A DNA stretch of 64,000 nt from a virus (lineage: Duplodnaviria; Caudoviricetes), in the IMG/VR virus record IMGVR_UViG_3300034073_003276; one strand, written 5' to 3'. The translations under genes and the position numbers were made by a program. The notes under the pieces were generated by a model, which searched no databases, had not been told where the DNA came from, and worked only from the letters and a program-made list of their open reading frames with translations. This document shows, piece after piece, positions 17,292 through 23,969 of this stretch (its first letter is position 1; each line of letters begins with the position of its first letter).

Positions 17292-17445
17292 GAAAGGTGA
17301 TGAGTGCCCATCACCCGCAGAAGACACTTTCTGCGATTTTCACTGCATTAGAGGGCAGTGAATAAGAGAAGTAAGTCTCTGGCGAAGAATCGCCGTGAGC
17401 GTCATACTTCAATTTGAAAGAATCGGACATTTCCAACCCTTTCAA
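17292..17445 (-). ncRNA. candidate structured RNA: six abutting hairpins between tRNA-Asn and tRNA-Thr
   Basis: stems TTGAAAG/CTTTCAA, GGCGA/TCGCC, AGAGA/TCTCT, CACTGC/GCAGTG, CGCAGAA/TTCTGCG, GGTGATG/CATCACC. Confidence 0.45.
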
Positions 17446-17518
17446 CTCCCCCACCTGGACTCGAACCAGGAACCCCAGAGTTAACAGCTCCGTGCTCTGC
17501 CAATTGAGCTATAAGGGA
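17446..17518 (-). tRNA. trnN: tRNA-Asn(GTT)
   Basis: anticodon arm CGGAG-CTGTTAA-CTCTG. Confidence 0.95.
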
Positions 17519-17544
17519 ATGGTTTGGAGAATAAAATCTCCAAG

Positions 17545-17618
17545 TCGGGATGACAGGATTCGAACCTGCGACTTCTCGCTCCCAAAGCGAGTGCTCTACC
17601 AAACTGAGCTACATCCCG
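17545..17618 (-). tRNA. trnP: tRNA-Pro(TGG)
   Basis: anticodon arm CTCGC-TTTGGGA-GCGAG. Confidence 0.95.
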
Positions 17619-17706
17619 TGGCGGAGAAGGTGAGATTCGAACTCACGGAGGCTTGCACCTCGTCGGTTTTCAAGACCGATGCCATCAACCACTCGACCAC
17701 TTCTCC
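17619..17706 (-). tRNA. trnS: tRNA-Ser(TGA), CCA encoded
   Basis: anticodon arm TCGGT-CTTGAAA-ACCGA; long variable arm. Confidence 0.95.
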
Positions 17707-17804
17707 AATTTGATGGATTAAGTGTAATATATCTCATAAGGATATAACAGGGACTTAACCTCTATCAGTTTTATATATTAACAAACTCTTGCGAATTTGT
17801 CAAG

Positions 17805-17878
17805 CGTCCTTTGAGAGATTCGAACTCCCGACACATAGGTTCGTAGCCTACTGCTCTATTCCACTGAGCTAAAAGGAC
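17805..17878 (-). tRNA. trnR: tRNA-Arg(ACG)
   Basis: anticodon arm GTAGG-CTACGAA-CCTAT. Confidence 0.95.
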
Positions 17879-17881
17879 AGG

Positions 17882-17953
17882 CGAAGGGTGAGGGATTTGA
17901 ACCCCCATCGCAAGGTTTTGGAGACCTGCATCTTACCATTAGACCAACCCGAC
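17882..17953 (-). tRNA. trnW: tRNA-Trp(CCA) with mismatched acceptor stem
   Basis: anticodon loop CTCCAAA; acceptor GTCGGGT/ACCCTTC has U2:U71 and C3:U70 mismatches. Confidence 0.75.
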
Positions 17954-17956
17954 AGG

Positions 17957-18028
17957 TTCTGAGGGTAGGATTCGAACCCACGAATGGCGGGACCAAAACC
18001 CGCTGCCTTACCACTTGGCGACCTCAGA
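17957..18028 (-). tRNA. trnQ: tRNA-Gln(TTG)
   Basis: anticodon arm GCGGG-TTTTGGT-CCCGC. Confidence 0.95.
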
Positions 18029-18029
18029 A

Positions 18030-18103
18030 TGGGGTGTCGTAAGGGAATCGAACCCTCATATGGAGAACCACAATCTCCTGTCTTACCATTAGACTAACGA
18101 CAC
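18030..18103 (-). tRNA. trnH: tRNA-His(GTG), CCA encoded
   Basis: anticodon arm GGAGA-TTGTGGT-TCTCC; C73; position -1 is T. Confidence 0.93.
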
Positions 18104-18104
18104 A

Positions 18105-18176
18105 AGGCAGTGGGTAGAATTGAACTACCGACATAGAGGGTATGAATCTCTTGTTCTACCACTGAACTACACTGCC
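18105..18176 (-). tRNA. tRNA with CAT anticodon (Met or Ile2)
   Basis: anticodon arm AGAGA-TTCATAC-CCTCT; U73. Confidence 0.8.
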
Positions 18177-18179
18177 AAA

Positions 18180-18264
18180 CGGAGAGTAGAGGATTCGAAC
18201 CTCTGGTGCTGTTACACACAAGACCTTTCCAAGATCTCACCATAAACCACTCGGACAACTCTCC
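18180..18264 (-). tRNA. trnS: tRNA-Ser(GGA)
   Basis: anticodon arm AGATC-TTGGAAA-GGTCT; long variable arm. Confidence 0.93.
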
Positions 18265-18268
18265 AAGG

Positions 18269-18351
18269 CGGAAGATGTTGGATTCGAACCAACGGAGGTT
18301 TTATCCCCACGGTTTAGCAAACCGCTGCATTAACCACTCTGCCAATCTTCC
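18269..18351 (-). tRNA. trnS: tRNA-Ser(GCT)
   Basis: anticodon arm GCGGT-TTGCTAA-ACCGT; long variable arm. Confidence 0.93.
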
Positions 18352-18354
18352 AAG

Positions 18355-18427
18355 TGGAAACAACTGGACTCGAACCAGTGCTCTTTCGATTATCAGTCGA
18401 ATGCTTTACCAACTAAGCTATGTTTCC
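18355..18427 (-). tRNA. trnI: tRNA-Ile(GAT)
   Basis: anticodon arm TTCGA-CTGATAA-TCGAA. Confidence 0.95.
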
Positions 18428-18513
18428 AATACTGGCTGCTACCAACTCCCTATTATAGGACCCGACCACGGCGCAACTTAGGCGTCCCTCCCTGTGGACG
18501 CTACCAATTGAAG
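18428..18513 (-). ncRNA. candidate structured RNA in a tRNA-sized slot
   Basis: GC-rich; stems GCGTCC/GGACGC, GTTGC/GCAGC, CCT/AGG; no TTCG T-loop. Confidence 0.3.
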
Positions 18514-18585
18514 TAGTCTCAACGGGACTTGAACCCGTGTCTACACTGTGAAAGAGTGTTGTCCTAACCACTAGACGATGAGACC
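18514..18585 (-). tRNA. trnE: tRNA-Glu(TTC)
   Basis: anticodon arm ACACT-CTTTCAC-AGTGT. Confidence 0.95.
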
Positions 18586-18588
18586 ATA

Positions 18589-18662
18589 CGACGATGAGGG
18601 GATTTGAACCCCCGATCTCCTGCGTGACAGGCAGGCGCTTTAAACCACTAAGCTACACCGTC
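18589..18662 (-). tRNA. trnD: tRNA-Asp(GTC)
   Basis: anticodon arm CCTGC-CTGTCAC-GCAGG. Confidence 0.95.
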
Positions 18663-18666
18663 AAGG

Positions 18667-18748
18667 TGGGAGGAGCAGGATTCGAACCTGCGAAGGCAGA
18701 GCCGTCTGATTTACAGTCAGATTCCTTTAACCACTCGGAAATCCTCCC
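18667..18748 (-). tRNA. trnY: tRNA-Tyr(GTA)
   Basis: anticodon arm TCTGA-CTGTAAA-TCAGA; long variable arm. Confidence 0.95.
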
Positions 18749-18752
18749 ACGA

Positions 18753-18825
18753 TGGGTCTGGTCGGGCTCGAACCGACGACTTACAGGTTAAAAGCCCGCT
18801 ACTCTACCAACTGAGTTACAGACCC
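18753..18825 (-). tRNA. trnK: tRNA-Lys(TTT)
   Basis: anticodon arm GCGGG-CTTTTAA-CCTGT. Confidence 0.95.
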
Positions 18826-18883
18826 AAATAATGTGGTAAATATTCAGTTGTCAAGGTGCTGGTGGTCTCTCAACCACCCTTTA

Positions 18884-18940
18884 AGAATACCACCTTTTGG
18901 TCTCTAGGGAGGGACTGGTGGACACTTGGGAAACTGTCAC
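18884..18940 (-). promoter_or_regulatory. palindromic box plus -10-like element upstream of the tRNA run
   Basis: GTGACAGTTTCCCAAGTGTCCAC, 28 nt, then TATTCT. Confidence 0.6.
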
Positions 18941-18944
18941 AAGC

Positions 18945-18985
18945 AACAAAAAAGGGGAGGAAACTTTTGGTTTCTCTCCCCTGTC
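18945..18985 (-). terminator. intrinsic terminator
   Basis: GGGGAGAGAAAC-CAAAA-GTTTCCTCCCC followed by T6. Confidence 0.75.
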
Positions 18986-19008
18986 TTTTTGCTTTTATGG
19001 ATTACATC

Positions 19009-19110
19009 TTACATATGCCTATCCATATCCACAAACAGGGGAGTACCCTCAATATGCCAATAGCGGCAATCAAGGTTACTAATCTGTTTGGTGGGCATTT
19101 GGAAAGACAT
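19009..19110 (-). CDS. 33 aa peptide (MSFQMPTKQISNLDCRYWHIEGTPLFVDMDRHM)
   Basis: translated by hand; preceded by late promoter TATAAATA and followed by a terminator. Confidence 0.55.
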   Translation of the reverse strand: MSFQMPTKQISNLDCRYWHIEGTPLFVDMDRHM

Positions 19111-19163
19111 TGTTTTCGACCTAAGTGTTTTTATTTATAGGACTTTTTTCTCAAAAAGTCAAG

Positions 19164-19237
<74 letters not shown>

Positions 19238-19322
19238 AAGAGACCTCCCTGTTTGTGCTTCTATGAGAGGCATGGGAGGGGCAGGACTTACACAAGGTTT
19301 GGACCCCTGTTGCCTATGAGAG
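19238..19322 (-). ncRNA. candidate structured leader/ncRNA upstream of tRNA-Arg(TCT)
   Basis: follows TTGACT-17-TATAAT (19324-19352); stems GGCA/TGCC, AGGGG/CCCCT, TTGTG/CACAA, CCTCCC/GGGAGG. Confidence 0.45.
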
Positions 19323-19348
19323 TATTATAGAGCACCAACGCTCAGAAG

Positions 19349-19540
19349 TCAACCCGCCTTTGCTTCTTTACGGGTTACTTTCTCTTCAGTGATTTCTACT
19401 CTACGTGCCTTAACAAGTTTAGCAATGTCCTGAAGTGCCTTGCGGGCGCGAGTTCCTGCTGCATTATTACCAGCAGTAAATTTTTCGTCTTCTACTTTCC
19501 AAGCTTCAACAGCATTCAGTAGTTCTTGTGATACGGACAT
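19349..19540 (-). CDS. histone H1-like nucleoid protein (Hc1-like)
   Basis: GNNAAGTRARKAL motif in a short basic helical protein; start taken at MSVSQE. Confidence 0.75.
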   Translation of the reverse strand: MSVSQELLNAVEAWKVEDEKFTAGNNAAGTRARKALQDIAKLVKARRVEITEEKVTRKEAKAG

Positions 19541-19584
19541 AATAATCTCCAATAAAAAAAAAGATATGTTTATATATAATGCCT

Positions 19585-19992
19585 TTAGTTACAATCTTTT
19601 GCCCAAGGAGCACAAATACGCATTTCTCCACCAAGAGATTTACATTCTTCAGTATAACAAACAGAATTATCTACTGATTTTTCTAATTTTTTTGGTTGAT
19701 ATTTTTTATCATATTCAGAAATAATCCGATCATACTCTGGAGTTACATCACGAATTGCTCTATCAACATCTCTCTCAACTCTACGATTTATTTTGTCAGG
19801 ATCTTTAAGTATAACCTCATTAATAATAGTTTGTGGGAAAAATTCTCTTTGAATTTCGTCCAATAAGTCCCAAAGCGCATTTTCTGGTATCTTACTACAT
19901 TGTGAGAGTGCTGCGATAATAATTGATAATATAAGTCCTACAGTTATAAGTTGTTTATTTGTTTTCTTATTTCCAAACTTAAATTTAAACAT
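19585..19992 (-). CDS. membrane-anchored/exported hypothetical protein
   Basis: N-terminal hydrophobic segment with AALSQC; C-terminal CYTEECKSLGGEMRIC. Confidence 0.7.
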   Translation of the reverse strand: MFKFKFGNKKTNKQLITVGLILSIIIAALSQCSKIPENALWDLLDEIQREFFPQTIINEVILKDPDKINRRVERDVDRAIRDVTPEYDRIISEYDKKYQPKKLEKSVDNSVCYTEECKSLGGEMRICAPWAKDCN

Positions 19993-20026
19993 AAGAAAGG
20001 GGAGTAGGCAGCACTCCCCTTATATA

Positions 20027-20692
20027 TCAAACTTCTACCACGATCAGTCTGGAAGCATAATCATGAGCATACGAAGTGCGAGCACCATGATGCCCCCAAC
20101 CAATCCAACTATACGCATAGTCCATGTAACGGTTAATCGACTTACCAGGAGTCTTCATTTGGTTTTCGATACGTTGCCACTGAACTTCAGTCATTAGATA
20201 ACGAAGTTGCGTGTGAAGTGATGATGGTGAACCACCATACTTCTTAGCAAAATCACCCAATCCATAATAACGGTTGGCAGATGTCCATTGAATCAGTCCG
20301 TAACCGCGGCCGCAACCGCTGTAACTGGTTCTACTACCACCTTCACAAATGTTAGGAACAAAAGTTGATTCCTGACGAATATTACCCATGATGGTAGCAA
20401 GGGCGTTTCTGTCTTTAATACCACGCTCCTGGAAGAATGCCAGGGTAGCATTTTCATGTTCATTACACCCTTTACAAATTAGCCTTTTCTCTTTTGGCTT
20501 TGGTAAAGCAACCTCTTTGGTCGCTGTCTTCTTATCATCTACAAGGTCAAACTCTTTAATAATGGAGAAAGGTACTTGTCCAGGAACTGGAGGAGGTGGA
20601 CCTTGCATCTTGTAGTTGACGAATGGCAGTGTTGCCGCATTGGTTGTAACCGTTGCCAAAAGGGGCAGGGCTACAGTAAAGAAGTTTTGCAC
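20027..20692 (-). CDS. phage tail-lysozyme-like cell-wall hydrolase with signal peptide
   Basis: ALATIMGNIRQES, GYGLIQWTS..RY..L, QLRYLMTE; GTG start. Confidence 0.85.
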   Translation of the reverse strand: MQNFFTVALPLLATVTTNAATLPFVNYKMQGPPPPVPGQVPFSIIKEFDLVDDKKTATKEVALPKPKEKRLICKGCNEHENATLAFFQERGIKDRNALATIMGNIRQESTFVPNICEGGSRTSYSGCGRGYGLIQWTSANRYYGLGDFAKKYGGSPSSLHTQLRYLMTEVQWQRIENQMKTPGKSINRYMDYAYSWIGWGHHGARTSYAHDYASRLIVVEV

Positions 20693-20705
20693 TAAATTTA
20701 ATTGA

Positions 20706-20768
20706 ACTCTACATCCGTATAGAGAAAGGGGTAAACCTTCTTCTCAGAAGGCAATCTCCACGGCTCTA
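20706..20768 (-). ncRNA. candidate cis-regulatory RNA (riboswitch-like) in the hydrolase leader
   Basis: P1 CCGTG/TACGG plus GAGA/TCTC; CCTTCT-GAGA-AGAAGG GNRA hairpin; competing hairpin CTCTATA-CGGA-TGTAGAG. Confidence 0.5.
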
Positions 20769-20788
20769 AATCAAAGTCAAAGACTCAT

Positions 20789-20816
20789 AAAAAAAGACCC
20801 TGCTCATAACAGGGAT
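20789..20816 (-). terminator. terminator immediately after a promoter
   Basis: CCCTG-TTATGAG-CAGGG followed by TC-T7. Confidence 0.65.
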
Positions 20817-20822
20817 TTTTAC

Positions 20823-20876
20823 ATAATAAGTTAATATTTAGTAATTGTCAAGGGATCCAATTTTTAAACTGGCACG
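20823..20876 (-). promoter_or_regulatory. sigma70-type promoter with upstream palindromic box and nested TAAATA
   Basis: GTGCCAGTTTAAAAAATTGGATCCC-TTGACA-17-TATTAT. Confidence 0.65.
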
Positions 20877-20905
20877 CATAAATAAAGTGTTATGCCTACA
20901 AACTA

Positions 20906-21019
20906 ATGGCAAAGTCGCCCAACAAAGGTAAAAAGGGTTCTCCAGGCGGAAAGCAGTCTAAACAAAATCAAGGTAATGCGACTGCTAGAAAGGCAAAGAA
21001 CGGAGGTAAAAAAAAGTGA
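20906..21019 (+). CDS. 37 aa Lys/Gly-rich basic peptide
   Basis: MAKSPNKGKKGSPGGKQSKQNQGNATARKAKNGGKKK; late promoter ATAAATA near 20878. Confidence 0.65.
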   Translation: MAKSPNKGKKGSPGGKQSKQNQGNATARKAKNGGKKK

Positions 21020-21022
21020 AGT

Positions 21023-21214
21023 ATGCCAAGAGAATGGAATACTCCCAAGCGTGAGCCTTGGAACGCACCAATACATAATATCCTAAAAGCAATAGACAAT
21101 CACACTCAAGAATACTTCAAGAGTGGTGATATTTGGCATCTAGAAAAAGCAGAAATGTTAAGAATTTATCTCACAGAATTAAAAACTTGGATACACAAAC
21201 AAGAAAAAAGATGA
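21023..21214 (+). CDS. hypothetical protein
   Basis: 63 aa coupled ORF. Confidence 0.7.
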   Translation: MPREWNTPKREPWNAPIHNILKAIDNHTQEYFKSGDIWHLEKAEMLRIYLTELKTWIHKQEKR

Positions 21215-21453
21215 AACTAAATTTAACTAAACTCATCTTCATTGTTTGTTGCTCTATAGTTGGATTTGTTGGAATAAATTTTGTTACTTGTAATTTTATG
21301 GTGCCAGGCACAATCAATAGAGCAAATGCAAAGGGAGAATTACAAAACCCTCCTCCTTTAGATTGTAAAGAATCTGAAAGAAGAGGGTATGAAACTTTAT
21401 TAACAATTTTAACTACAGTAATTGCATTAAGAACTAAAGTAGAAGAAGACTAA
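21211..21453 (+). CDS. small two-segment membrane protein (holin/spanin candidate)
   Basis: start moved to MKLNLTKL (21211); two hydrophobic segments; next to lysins. Confidence 0.55.
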   Translation: MKLNLTKLIFIVCCSIVGFVGINFVTCNFMVPGTINRANAKGELQNPPPLDCKESERRGYETLLTILTTVIALRTKVEED

Positions 21454-22064
21454 GAAGACCAAAGTTTACCTTCTGCAATACGCCTTCTTTGCAGTCCTGC
21501 GGCAACTTTGGTGCCAGGATTATGATAAAGATAAAGAGCATCTGGAACTTTATCCCATTCTTTATTCTTCAATACCCTACTAATGGTATTAAAACCAGAA
21601 GAGTTGTAAAAGCGAGCACCAAGATTGTAAGCAAAAGATAATAGAGCGCCTCGTTGATTTTCATTCATTTCATCCCAGTGAGGAATATTTTGAAGTGGTG
21701 GTAGAAATTCTTTTCTCAACTGATAGTAAAGAAGGTCATCTGCTTCATCTTGAGTAATTATATTACCAATCATAAAACGAGTGCCATCTTTTCTACGAGT
21801 GCTTCCCCATCCAATTGTGATTGGAAGTCCACCAGTCAGAGGATCATAATATGCTTTTAGATGGCATCCTTCAAATTCCTTGATTAAATCTACACCTGGA
21901 ATTGGAAGACCTTCAAGAGTTGGTTCTATCTTTTGATTACGATACCTTCTAGCAAACTCATCAAGAATTTCTTTGTGGACTGATGCTTGTAGAAAATTCC
22001 AAGCATCATTTTGATGTGGCAAATCTTGATGATACTTTACAGCATCAATAAATTTAATACTCAT
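21450..22064 (-). CDS. lysozyme, GH24 endolysin
   Basis: LIKEFEG..LKAY.D....TIGWGST catalytic E-x8-D-x-T pattern; ALLSFAYNLG; GLQRRRIAE. Confidence 0.93.
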   Translation of the reverse strand: MSIKFIDAVKYHQDLPHQNDAWNFLQASVHKEILDEFARRYRNQKIEPTLEGLPIPGVDLIKEFEGCHLKAYYDPLTGGLPITIGWGSTRRKDGTRFMIGNIITQDEADDLLYYQLRKEFLPPLQNIPHWDEMNENQRGALLSFAYNLGARFYNSSGFNTISRVLKNKEWDKVPDALYLYHNPGTKVAAGLQRRRIAEGKLWSS

Positions 22065-22753
22065 GAAAACACTCTACCCCATCCAGACTTAGGACCATCT
22101 ACAGTCCATCTCTTTTCTAAGACAGACTTCTTATAAACAGCACCTTTACCATTATAAACAGACCCTGTGTATCCATCATTCAAACTTCCATAAGGGTCAT
22201 TAACAACATAATCTCCAGATGCTGTCTTACCAATCACTACAAGCATGTGCCCACCAGTAGGTGCAGATAAAGAACCCCTATGAAGAATCCCGATAATGAC
22301 AGGTTTCCCATTGGCAAGCTCCCTATCAAGATCAGCAAAAGAGAGATTGTAACTAAATCGTGAAGTAACACCATAAGACGATAAAACTTTCGTCTGGACG
22401 GCGTGATCAGTCGTATCACCAATTGAGAAAACTTTGCGGATGTAAGCATCATCGCCCTTTGGTCCCTGCAGTGTTCCTGGTTTTAAAAACTCAAGACACA
22501 TAGCACAGGCTGATGAATTACAGGTTCTTTGTGCGTCCCTATAATTATCCGTTTGTGGATAATAAGGAACATTGAGAATATCTGACTTTGGTGCTTCTAC
22601 TTTTGATCTATAAATTCTGACCCAATTAGCATCTTCCTCCATCAAGTCAGATGCTTTTGCTAGCAAATCCTTCTCAAGTTGCTCTACTGCTGCAACATGT
22701 TTTGGATTTTTATCATCATAATATTTGAAAAAATTATGGAGATCGATTTGCAT
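22061..22753 (-). CDS. C39-like peptidase (papain fold), probable cell-wall hydrolase
   Basis: VPYYPQTDN, CNSSACAM, GGHMLVVIG, VNDPYG. Confidence 0.85.
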   Translation of the reverse strand: MQIDLHNFFKYYDDKNPKHVAAVEQLEKDLLAKASDLMEEDANWVRIYRSKVEAPKSDILNVPYYPQTDNYRDAQRTCNSSACAMCLEFLKPGTLQGPKGDDAYIRKVFSIGDTTDHAVQTKVLSSYGVTSRFSYNLSFADLDRELANGKPVIIGILHRGSLSAPTGGHMLVVIGKTASGDYVVNDPYGSLNDGYTGSVYNGKGAVYKKSVLEKRWTVDGPKSGWGRVFS

Positions 22754-22754
22754 T

Positions 22755-22931
22755 TTATTCTCCTATGTATTCTAGTGAAAAAATATCATGATCTTCAATA
22801 TCAGGATTCAACCATTCACTGAATTCAGATTGAATTGCATGTGCTGATTCGATGTCATAATTAGACAACTCATGAATACGGTCAATTGCCCAATCATGAG
22901 ATTCCCGAAGTGTCTGTTCCAAAGTGACCAT
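22755..22931 (-). CDS. 58 aa acidic hypothetical protein (MVTLEQTLRESHDWAIDRIH...)
   Basis: translated by hand; its GGAG tail serves as SD for the next gene. Confidence 0.65.
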   Translation of the reverse strand: MVTLEQTLRESHDWAIDRIHELSNYDIESAHAIQSEFSEWLNPDIEDHDIFSLEYIGE

Positions 22932-23024
22932 AATATTTAGAAATTATTCTTGGTATTCAAATCCTAGCACGAAACAAAAACATTTTCAAGCATAAATAAA
23001 AACTATAAGAAAGAAAATATTTTT

Positions 23025-23870
23025 ATGGAATGGAAATATAACGGAGAGGACTTTACCGAAGTTCCTAAAGAAATGGAGGGATTTGTTTATCTCATTACTA
23101 ATTTAACTAATGAAAGAAAATATGTTGGTAAAAAATCTTTTTGGATGAGGAGAAAAGATAAAAAAACAGGTAGAAGAAAAACAAAAGAAAGTGATTGGAG
23201 AAATTACTTTGGTTCTTGTGACGAATTGAATGAGGATGTAAAACTTATAGGAAAAGATAGTTTTTATAGAGAAATATTATATCTGTGTCCACATAAAAAA
23301 TCAATGTCTTACTATGAAACTTATGAACAATTTTTAAGAAATGTATTAATGAGTGATGAATACTATAATACGAATATTGAGGGAAGATTTTTTGTAAATG
23401 AAAAAAGTGGAATATATGAAGTTGTTATGAGAAATAATAAATTTAGGGAAAATAAAAGTATAGCAATGACTGGTGACAATAATCCAGCAAAAAGACCAGA
23501 GGTAAGACAAAAACTAAGTGAAATGTTTTCTGGTGAAGGAAATCCTATGTATGGTACTAAATTAACAGAAAAACATAAAGAAAAGTTGTTTAATTCTAGA
23601 AAAAGATCGGTAACTGATGGTAAAGATACATGGGATAGTGTAGTTTCTTTTATGAAAGAAAAAGATATTAGTTGGAATAGATATCTAATGTTAGTTGAAG
23701 AAGGTAAAATATTTTATGTTGATGGTGGTACTGTAAATATGGAATCGAAAATAAAACACAATTTACAAATGTGGGAATGTTTAGTTACTGGATATATATC
23801 TACAGCTGCTGGTCTTTCTATATACCAAAAAAATAGAAATATTGATATAAGTCTTAGAAATAAAATCTAA
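23025..23870 (+). CDS. GIY-YIG (Seg-like) endonuclease with NUMOD3-like repeats
   Basis: GFVYLITNLTNERKYVGKK; GDNNPAK and GEGNPMYG..LTEKHKEKL repeats; late promoter TAAATA at 22993. Confidence 0.85.
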   Translation: MEWKYNGEDFTEVPKEMEGFVYLITNLTNERKYVGKKSFWMRRKDKKTGRRKTKESDWRNYFGSCDELNEDVKLIGKDSFYREILYLCPHKKSMSYYETYEQFLRNVLMSDEYYNTNIEGRFFVNEKSGIYEVVMRNNKFRENKSIAMTGDNNPAKRPEVRQKLSEMFSGEGNPMYGTKLTEKHKEKLFNSRKRSVTDGKDTWDSVVSFMKEKDISWNRYLMLVEEGKIFYVDGGTVNMESKIKHNLQMWECLVTGYISTAAGLSIYQKNRNIDISLRNKI

Positions 23871-23921
23871 TAAATTTTATATATTATATTATAATATAGT
23901 ATCTTAGAGCTATTATTTATC

Positions 23922-23969
23922 CTTCAACCGGGACAAAGGTAGTCTAGCAATAAAAAAGCACCCTGTCAA
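23922..23969 (-). repeat. promoter-linked 25-nt element, copy 1 (TTGACA-17-TAGACTACCTTTGTCCCGGTTGAAG)
   Basis: identical 25-mer at 61476-61500 on the + strand with the same -35 spacing. Confidence 0.9.

Noticed and set aside
17707-17804. Hairpin in the leader between the internal promoter and tRNA-Ser(TGA)
   Set aside because: AT-rich, weak stems (TTAAGT/ACTTAA, ATATC/GATAT); adequately explained as promoter plus leader.
18428-18513. HDV-like (theta) ribozyme 3' of tRNA-Glu
   Set aside because: A hairpin followed by CUAA is present, but there is no room for P1/P2/P3 in the required order; kept only as an unspecified structured element.
17046-19140. ORF-track entries over the tRNA array (17046..17327, 17402..17602, 17414..17713, 18206..18481, 18594..18791, 18856..19140)
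   Set aside because: They overlap clear tRNA cloverleaves or promoter/terminator elements.
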